NCBI RefSeq assembly: GCF_023055435.1
Contig: NW_025964223.1
Span: 38,440,001-38,504,000, forward strand
Direction of reading: 5' to 3'
Origin: Haliotis rufescens
Taxonomy: Eukaryota
DNA: 64,000 nt
Every line of letters starts with the position of its first letter. Position 1 is the first letter of the stretch. The position numbers and the translations under genes were made by a program. Shown here piece after piece: positions 54,511 through 64,000 of the stretch. The notes beneath the pieces are model-generated. The model was not told the DNA's origin and did not search any database. It saw only the letters and a program-made list of their open reading frames with translations.

Positions 54511-54529
54511 GAGGAATATAGATAAAAAT

Positions 54530-55692
54530 TATAAGGGTCAGCTCTAGTATAAGGATAAGGGTCAGCTCTCTGTTTTAGGATTAGGGTCAGCTCTGTGTTT
54601 AGGATTAGGGTCAGTTCTAGGTTTAAGATTTTGGTTAGCTCTAGGTTTAAGATTAGGGTCAGCTCTCTGTTTAGGATTGGAGTCAGCTCACTGTTTAGGA
54701 TTAGGGTCAGTTCTAAGTTTAAGATTTTGGTCAGCTCTAGGTTTAGGATTAGGGTCAGCTCCAGGTTTAGGATTAGGGTCAGCTCTCTCTTTAGGATTAG
54801 GGTCAGTTCTCTGTTTAGGATTAGGGTCAGTTCTAGGTTTAAGATTTTGATCAGCTCTAGGTTTAAGATTAGGGTCAGCTCTCTGTTTAGGATTAGGGTC
54901 AGTTCTCTGTTTAGGATTAGGGTCAGTTCTAGGTTTAAGATTTTGGTCAGCTCTCTGTTTAGGATAAGGGTCAGCTCCAGTTTTAGGATTAGGGTCAGCT
55001 CTCTCTTTAGGATTAGGGTCAGTTCTCTGTTTAGGATTAGGGTTAGTTCTAGGTTTAAGATTTTGGTCAGCTCTAGGTTTAAGATTAGGGTCAGCTCCTG
55101 GTTTATGATTAGGGTCAGCTCCCTGTTTAGGATTAGGGTCAGCTCTAGGTTAAGGATTGGGGTCAGTTCTCGGTTTAGGATTGGGGTCAGTTCCAGGTTT
55201 AGGATAAGGGTCAGCTCTATGTTTATGATTAGGGTCAGTTCTCTGTTTACGTTTAGGGTCAGCTCTATGTTTATGATTAGGGTCAGCTCTCTGTTTAGGA
55301 TTAGGGTCAGTTCTAGGTTTTAGGATTAGGGTCAGTTCTAGGTTTAAGATTAGGGTCAGCTCTAGGTTTAAGATAAGGGTCAATTCTAGGTTAGGATTAG
55401 GGTCAGTTCTCTGTTTAGGATTAGGGCCAGCTCTCTGTTTAGGATTAGGGTCAGCTCCATGTTTAGGATTAGGGTCAGCTCTAGGTTTAGGATTAGGGTC
55501 AGCTCTAGGTTTAGGATTAGGGTCAGCTCCAGGTTTAGGATTAGGGTCAGCTCCAGGTTTAAGATTAGGGTCAGCTCCAGGTTTAAGATTAGGGTCAGCT
55601 CCAGGTTTAGGATTAGGGCCAGCTCTCTGTTTAGGATTAGGGTCAGTTCTCTGTTTAGGATTAGGCTCAGTTCTAGGTTAAGGATGGGAGTC
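54530..55692. repeat. 24-bp minisatellite (gtttaggattagggtcagctctct) containing TTAGGG
   Basis: About 48 tandem units; the 242-aa ORF is an artefact of the 24-bp period. Confidence 0.97.
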
Positions 55693-58000
55693 ATACTTTG
55701 ACAAAACCCATACATGAAAACAGGAGATCTAAAATAGTGTTTGTCTAACAACTTATAACAATGTTAATATCGGGTGTTACCACCATTTGTGGGGATACAG
55801 GGGAGGTAGCGGTGGCGCAATGCCGACACCAGATGATTGAAAACAGCCTCGGGGATGTTGTTCCAAATGAGGTGGGGTAAAAATATTTATGCTTCATAAC
55901 CCTCACCCCACACCTGACAATGAGCACCTGATACAATCATTGTGTGCTATTCACATTAACAAATCACGTGTGTATATCATGCCTCCAACAAACACGCAAA
56001 CATTGAAATTGTGCTCCGTGCATGAACATGCACTGCAAATTGTGAATCACGACCTTAGAGTCGAGGAGATGTCTTCATGAATGATGTCTTTCATGTACAG
56101 AAAGATGCATTATTTAATTTCTTAATAAATATATTTACAGTAACTTTATGTGAAGCACAGTTACTATTTTGTTAGTATGATATATACAGGAACAGCGAAG
56201 GCGATAAGTGTTAAGTTACTTGAACGTATACGTAATGCCTGATAAAGGAAGATGTAAGTGAATGGATACAACAAATGGATCCATATCAAGATATAAGTCA
56301 ATAAATTTTCTGTAGTTTTATCATAAAAAATCGAATCGATCGTGTTTGGCGTCTGCATCAATCACAGTGGGCGGAGCTTATTTACGGTTGCGCTATAAAT
56401 AGCAAAGCACATGGTCATGTATACATGTGACACATTCAATGCATTTGTGGTCAAAGTGTATTGTGTTGTATATTTGTACGGCAGAACAGCAGCAGAACAT
56501 CAGTTTCGGTTAATGTAACAGTAACGATACTTAAATACGAAATTGACGACGCGATTCTATCAGTTCAATCCGAAAATTACAGATATTTGTTTAGTTTTGG
56601 TCATTTGCATTCAACAGTTAGATTTGTGCCACACAATAATCAGTTTATATTCATAAAACTTAAATTATTACACAGATTTTTCAACTAGTGCTTAGGGAGG
56701 GGCCTAATTTGAAGCACCAGAAGTTGCGCCAATATTTCTCTGCTTGACTACATTAGATGAATATGTCACGTGTATCAACATAACAATGCACATAAGCAAC
56801 TGGTAAATAAGTAACGAAATATACTAGATGTTTTGACCTACAGAAGGCGTATCCAGATAATATTGTACTTAAACGAAAACTCAAATACACATATTCCAAG
56901 AAAACTTTAATTATGAATTTCCTTTTCTTTCACAGAATTTTCACACACAAAACTGAGTTTGATCATTAGATGCACACTTGTCCCATGTATTTTTTGTTCG
57001 GGGTATTTGGGTACACTTCGCGCACATGTTTTAAAATACAATCTGGGATCCGTTTCCCGTTTTGTCCACACCAATCCTTCAGCTGCTGCAACGTTTAATT
57101 CCGTTTCTTCAAGGCCAAGTATCTACGATCTCTCCAAACACTTCGTTTATTTAGCTCAGTCCAGAAGCAATGTGCCAATCAACAGGGATCTGGGTCACTG
57201 GGACCCGCCAAGTTTCACGGATCGAGTTACTTCGGTATGAGGAGCTTCATCGGACAAGTGAGACTTTGCCAAAATACATTGCTACTGGGCAATGAAAAAA
57301 CGACACTTGAAAATATTTTTGACCATTACCAGGGTTTTTTACACGATCGTTGTCATCCAGATTCCAGATGAGGCAAGACGAACACAACGAAAAAAAACAT
57401 TGTTGAAATCACCGATTGCCGTATATATTGTGAGAAATGCTATTTATAAACTGCAGATATACCGTACACCACAGGAAAACGATTGGTGTCCCAACACATA
57501 GTATGTTTCTTGTTCATTTACACTGCTCTTTTGTATCACGACGAACGTATTTCGTTCTCGTCCAGAGATCTAGAACTATAATTTGTGTGTTGGACTGTGT
57601 TGGATAATTCGTGGAAATTCCACGGTATCATTTTATGAAGGTGTGAAGACGACATGGCAGGTAGGTTTTGAAAAGTCTTGTTGAAAAGTCTTGGAATCGT
57701 TTGGTAGATATTTATATTACCATTAAAACTTACGTCCTTGTTGTCAAACGGCCCACGTGGGTGGGTGTTTACATGACGTCACCCGTTTACGCATTAACCA
57801 ATGAAATGTATGTGTTAGCATGACGTCATATTGACCTGTCAGATCACTTGTATAAGCTCCGCCCACTAGAGTGCGGTAGTTACTACCGCAGATGGGGCTT
57901 TAAGTATGGCAACATATGTACAGTGAAAGAGGATCTAGGGTCGCTGGCGAAGGCAGCTACACTAACAGTGTCAGGGTGACATTTTATTCATTCGGCGAAG

Positions 58001-58246
58001 GGAAAAACGAAATTGAAAGTACAAAATTCTATATAACGTCCTATTCAGTCCAGCAGACACATTATCCTATCACGTGTTTTGGGCGTTTATGACTTGTATG
58101 ACTCATGTTTGTTTATTGCCTAAATGCGTTTCGAGGAAACGTAAGGCATCACTTTCTGTTTATCAATATAAAGCCTCTAACCTAGCGACTACAACATAAC
58201 TACATGTAAACTCATTTCCTGACCGACAAGAAAGGGCGCGTTCCGG
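58001..58246 (+). promoter_or_regulatory. Promoter and non-coding first exon of ART copy 3, with ISRE/IRF-E, AP-1, GAS and TATA motifs
   Basis: GGAAAAACGAAATTGAAAGT 58001-20; TGACTCA 58099-105; TTCGAGGAA 58130-38; reverse AAACAGAAAGTGA 58149-61; TATAAAG 58167-73; donor cgg|gtatgt at 58246/7. Confidence 0.68.
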
Positions 58247-58382
58247 GTATGTTGAAATACATCTGTCATTCTTTTAGAATTTATCTAAACAGGCATGTCT
58301 TTTGAATACATGATTTTAGTCTCTGTGTTGAGGAAATGACTGAATGAAACAGTAATATTTTCTGTGTTTTAGAAGTCAAAAC

Positions 58383-59549
58383 ATGGCAACTATTACCTTT
58401 TACCACTACACCAACAAGGCTGGGAAGGACGCTATCGTCCGTCAGAAACGAATACGCGCAAGTGATGGGGCCAAGGATGCAGTGTTTGGAAGAGGTGTGT
58501 CACAAAACAACAAAACTATATATCTACATATTTTACCTCACAATCCGTTCAGATTAAGATAAGGAATATTGTAAATGGAGATAATCATGGGTCACATAGA
58601 ACATTGGCTGGGATCGCTAAACAAAGAGTTGTTTCTTAATGATAGTTGATTCAACTATCGATCAGGAGAAACATGTTGTTCAACATTTTGTTTAAACTGT
58701 ATATTTCTAATATCATAATGTGTATATATGTTTAATGATCGTAGAGTATAGAATATATATCAATTTTAGTAAAACTATTAATCTGAATAATGTCAACTAA
58801 CATTGTAAAAACTAAATGGCTTTAACTGTTCCAATTAGAACTTTCTCATTGGTCAAGTATAGATGGGCTGGGTGACAGATGGCGACAGATTCATTGTCAA
58901 AAGCTCGATTGTGAAACATCTAAAAGTAAAAGTATCTGGTTCAATAGTTAACATCCTCGCTGTGCGTGTAGCACGTTTATCGACATTTTCGATGGATGCA
59001 GTAAGATAAAATATTCTGATAATCATTTACCTTACAAATGTGAGTGGAGTGTGAGCTGCAATCAGACTGGTTGAAAAACGCTGTTGACCAGCAAATCAGA
59101 GCTACTTTCTGAGCGCCCTATCATCTTCCCTCGCAATCTAAGGAACCTCGGACATAATAATGCAAGGAATGTGGGAAGGAATTCATCAAACTTTCACTAT
59201 GTGGCTGTAATATTTACATTATTCTTGCAAATAGTAAATATGCGCGCGCTTCTCTTTTCTAATTTTCATCTTTCTACCTTTATGCTCATTTCAGCGTAAA
59301 TGTCTGTTTACAGGTGTGTACGGAACAACCCTTTCTCCGTCTTCAGGACTCAAGAAAATAATCTATAACAATTGGGATGGTCGTGTCGACCCAACCAAGG
59401 GGATGCTGGTGAGAGCGGCCTGGGCAATCAAGGTGGAGCTACCAAAAACCGACGTTAAAGAAGCTGGGTCAGAGCGAGATATCTTGATTTACACTGGCGG
59501 TGACCTTCAACTTGACGATTACGTCTGGGAGGTCATCCAGGTTGCCTAG
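58383..59549 (+). CDS. Stand-alone Tox-ART-HYD1-like ADP-ribosyltransferase, copy 3 (115 aa, no signal peptide); join(58383..58494,59314..59549)
   Basis: MATITFYHYTNKAGKDAIVRQKRIRASDGAKDAVFGRG|VYGTTLSPSSGLKKIIYNNWDGRVDPTKGMLVRAAWAIKVELPKTDVKEAGSERDILIYTGGDLQLDDYVWEVIQVA; 94/115 identical to copy 1; same exon structure. Confidence 0.85.
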
Positions 59550-59949
59550 AAGTGAACGAGGACATGGGTTCATTACATAATTTAAGGTTTCAATTCCTGA
59601 CAAACTTAATCAGAAAGATATGCTTTAAGAAGATTCCGTGTCACAGGATAACTGAGTGCAGGGTATACACTATGTATGTGTTATGCTGAAAACCAGGTGT
59701 GCCGGACATGTAGAGATCACACCAGCTACCTACATGTCACTCAGGTGCTTATTTTGTTACTAGCTCAGCTAAGCAGTAAACGTTAATCTTAAATTGTGTT
59801 TCTCTGTGTTCCATTATTTATTCGTCAGTGTATTTGATACACAACGTTCATACGTTTCAATGATGCAATAACTTATGTGACTGTTTGGGGTATTTTATTA
59901 CGTGTCGTCTTTCAACCTGAAACAATAAGTTAGAAATACAGAAAGCGAG

Positions 59950-61286
59950 AAATACAATGGCAGTACATGTACACAATAAAGTGGTACATTGTAGTACAAA
60001 ATACAATGGCAGTACATGTACACAATAAAGTGGTACATTGTAGTACAAAATACAATGGCAGTACATGTACACAATAAAGTGCTACATTGTAGTACAAAAT
60101 TCAATGGCAGTACATGTACACAATAAAGTGCTACATTGTAGTACAAAATTCAATGGCAGTACATGTACACAATAAAGTGGTACATTGTAGTACAAAATTC
60201 AATGGCAGTACATGTACACAATAAAGTGGTACATTGTAGTACAAAATACAATGGCAGTACATGTACACAATAAAGTGGTACATTGTAGTACAAAATTCAA
60301 TGGCAGTACATGTACACAATAAAGTGCTACATTGTAGTACAAAATTCAATGGCAGTACATGTACACAATAAAGTGGTACATTGTAGTACAAAATACAATG
60401 GCAGTACATGTACACAATAAAGTGGTACATTGTAGTACAAAATACAATGGCAGTACATGTACACAATAAAGTGGTACATTGTAGTACAAAATACAATGGC
60501 AGTACATGTACACAATAAAGTGGTACATTGTAGTACAAAATACAATGGCAGTACATGTACACAATAAAGTGGTACATTGTAGTACAAAATACAATGGCAG
60601 TACATGTACACAATAAAGTGGTACATTGTAGTACAAAATACAATGGCAGTACATGTACACAATAAAGTGGTACATTGTAGTACAAAATACAATGGCAGTA
60701 CATGTACACAATAAAGTGCTACATTGTAGTACAAAATACAATGGCAGTACATGTACACAATAAAGTGGTACATTGTAGTACAAAATACAATGGCAGTACA
60801 TGTACACAATAAAGTGGTACATTGTTGTACAAAATACAATGGCAGTACATGTACACAATAAAGTGCTACATTGTAGTACAAAATACAATGGCAGTACATG
60901 TACACAATAAAGTGCTACATTGTAGTACAAAATACAATGGCAGTACATGTACACAATAAAGTGGTACATTGTAGTACAAAATACAATGGCAGTACATGTA
61001 CACAATAAAGTGGTACATTGTAGTACAAAATACAATGGCAGTACATGTACACAATAAAGTGGTACATTGTAGTACAAAATACAATGGCAGTACATGTACA
61101 CAATAAAGTGGTACATTGTAGTACAAAATACAATGGCAGTACATGTACACAATAAAGTGCTACATTGTAGTACAAAATACAATGGCAGTACATGTACACA
61201 ATAAAGTGGTACATTGTAGTACAAAATTCAATGGCAGTACATGTACACAATAAAGTGCTACATTGTAGTACAAAATTCAATGGCAG
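59950..61286. repeat. 49-bp minisatellite (aatacaatggcagtacatgtacacaataaagtggtacattgtagtacaa), very homogeneous
   Basis: About 27 near-identical units. Confidence 0.97.
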
Positions 61287-61447
61287 AACACTGACAATGG
61301 CATATAAAAAATTTAAAATATACTAGCATAGGAATAAAATTTACCTAGCACCAACAGTGATCAAACTTTCAAAAAAGTCTGGATATCACTGATCATAACA
61401 ATGATCATACCACACACGCTAGTAGATAGAAAGTAATACCTTCCGGA

Positions 61448-61747
61448 CAAAAGCATTCCTGTGGAGCGTGGAGTACCAACAAAAGCATTCCTGTGGAGCA
61501 TAGAATTTCAACAAATTCCTGTGGAGCATGGAATTTCCATCAAAAGTATTCCTGTGGAGCATGGAATTTCTAACAAAAGCATTTCTGTGGAGCGTAGAGT
61601 AAAGAAACAAACAAAAGCATTCCTGTGGAGCATGGAATTTCTAACAAAAGCATTCCTGTGGAGCGTAGAGTAAAGAAACAAACAAAAGCATTATATTCCT
61701 ATGGAGCGTAGAGTAAAGAAACAAACAAAAGCATTCTTGTGGAGCAT
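61448..61747. repeat. ~35-40-bp degenerate tandem repeat (aacaaaagcattcctgtggagc...)
   Basis: attcctgtggagc-like core recurs about 9 times. Confidence 0.88.
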
Positions 61748-62901
61748 ACCACAGAGGCCAGTCAAATCACACAATAGAAGCAAATTTTGCTAAAGGAGAC
61801 TAGCAGTAAGGCTGGCTCTGTATATATTCGCTCTGTTCAAACATGTAACTATGTCACCGCACATTAGTATCAATACACTAGGGGTAGCTCTCGCTCACCC
61901 ACTCTTTACACGCAAGAGTGAATCTATTCGTGTGTGGGTTTTAGCCGCTGAACCTGTTAACCCTTTCACCGATGTCAATTCATTTTTCTCTACTTCAATC
62001 ACGTTTCACTAAGTGTTAAAATATTATGTTATTGTTCATAGCGGTATTCATTAACCTTTATCTATTAACCTTTATCTATTAACATTTCTATCACTCTTTA
62101 ACTTTTTATCTGTTTCAGTGTGCTAACGTAACACTAAGGGTTAAATGTTGCTTTTAGACGATCACCAACTAGATAATATCGCTGTTACTTGTTTTCGCCA
62201 TTATGTTAGAACTTGAGTAGAAAGTATACATTATACCCATCTGCAGATGTGTAATTCGTATGTTTTCTGCTTTATGACATATAACTAATTGATGTAATAG
62301 TAATAATGAAAATAAGTGAACTTACCTTATGACTGTACAACACTGTTTCATTAATCATTCCTCCATATATTCCGTTTGAATTAACCATTCGCTCAGTTCA
62401 TATTTGGTTTAATCATATTTATTCCATCAATTGTACATGGCTGGATTTAATTTCTTCTTATATATCATCATGTAGTAAACTTAGCTGGAAAAACAACGGT
62501 CAAACCGTTCGGCTACACCAGATACCTGTAGACGAACGGCTTACCGGTGTAAGGGAGGTAATACACTATTGACAGTGAAGAAACAATGAACGCTGGCTGG
62601 CATGAATACATACACCGAAAGACGGATGAAGCGAGCGGCCTGCCCTCGTGATCCAAGGGAGGTAACTCGTATCACACTAGTGGCTCATATCACATTGATA
62701 GACCAAGAGAGCGAATAACTGCGAATTGAAACATAAAACATACACACATTCTGATTAAAAATATGCTTTTATTTGAGAAAACACAGTGAGATGCTCGCGT
62801 ATGTGTCGATAATACCCGCGATGCAATCTACGCCGAAGCAGTCTTTTCCTTTCTCGTCTCACTGAGCATTGTATCCCACGATGGCTGAAAAGGAAGGGTA
62901 A

Positions 62902-62902
<1 letters not shown>

Positions 62903-62934
<32 letters not shown>
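62903..62934. repeat. (AAT)n microsatellite
   Basis: Visible directly. Confidence 0.95.
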
Positions 62935-62935
<1 letters not shown>

Positions 62936-64000
62936 GCCAAAGCACTTAAAATAGTCCTCCAAAGCAGATAGAATTTGTTCGCGATCTTCAATCAGTTTTC
63001 TAAATACACTGCTTTTCAAGGAAATGGTTTTCCTTTCCTTTTTGCTGTTGTAGTTTGAAAGATGCACCCAAGCATCATCACGGAACAACTTGATAGACAG
63101 CCAATGGCCAGCAGCCCACTCAAACGTAGTGTGGATGTGATTGTCAGACGTTTTCGAGTAAAGTGTCTTCTCCCGAAATGAACCACTAACACGTTATATT
63201 TATACTCACTCTGCAAGTAAGGTGATTCAGCATGTTGTCACTTTCTCACGGGAAAAACTACTTCATTATGTTGCCTTGTTCTTTTCAAATGGTATCAACT
63301 GGTACACCTCGCATACAAATGGTGTATACATATACTTCTGACTCACTATACTTTGCTTGTGAGTGATAGTATACGATTTTTAATTAGTACGTTTTCTAGA
63401 TACTCCCCTGTTTGACCAGACAGCAGCCCTATTGACTTAACAAGAACGAATCCACAAAGCCACCACTTGTTACTCTCTCATTTTTAATCAATATCGAGTT
63501 TTTAGTAACACACTCTCTATACGGCTCTTTCATTAAGTGTATCCCTTTTATGTTGTCTTTCATAATGGAACACCTGTGCTTTTAAAGTGTCACGTTTTCA
63601 GTACCATCCCATGGTAAACATTTTCTCAAAAATATTGTATAGCTTGTGTACTCGGTCAAGGTGATTCAGCAGTTCTTAGTACTACCCTATTATACACCCG
63701 CTTGATACATCTGTCTTGAAGCAATCTGAAACTGTTTTGAATAGCAGCCAAACCAATCATGTTCATTGTGTGTAGCTGTTTGCACTTAAATTTGAACTTA
63801 TATTTCTATAGAGCTCCAAAATGTTTAGTTTTGGAATAAGAAGTCCGTCCACTTTATTTTTTTCACCATTTCCGACTGAGGAATTGCCAAGGCAACATCA
63901 ACCAAAAGTGTACAGGAAACGTTAACCATTAACGTGCATCCTTAGGATAGGAATCTTCAGCAAAAGAGCAAGTACTCCACTTTTACTGCATACTTACACT

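Noticed and set aside
34817-59549. Bacterial contamination or recent horizontal transfer as the source of the ART genes
   Set aside because: All copies have spliceosomal introns at a shared position, upstream exons and host SINEs in or around them; any transfer must be ancient

Overview
Repeat-rich, AT-rich, intron-containing animal DNA. The SINE, MITE and satellite content looks molluscan, possibly gastropod/abalone (inference, not verified). Four host genes are supportable: one single-coding-exon GT31 beta-1,3-galactosyltransferase-like gene (23330-24409), and three spliced, same-strand paralogues of a small stand-alone ADP-ribosyltransferase of the polymorphic-toxin Tox-ART-HYD1 type (34817-35992, 44442-45609, 58383-59549), which the ORF track shows only as fragments. 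Copies 1 and 3 are 115-aa leaderless proteins from a ~2 kb duplication. They share a promoter with ISRE/IRF-E, AP-1/CRE and STAT/GAS-like motifs and differ at 21 amino acids against only 9 synonymous codon changes. Copy 2 is divergent (132 aa) and has an extra exon encoding a signal peptide. Together they suggest an inducible, diversifying innate-immune ART effector locus with cytosolic and secreted forms; this is the main candidate novel system. The rest is decayed mobile DNA (two Tc1 elements, a Ngaro/DIRS fragment in a Penelope remnant, L1/Tx1 and other LINE ends, many SINEs and MITEs, a possible Polinton-like PC4 remnant) plus ten minisatellite arrays. Coordinates were read by hand; repeat boundaries are approximate.
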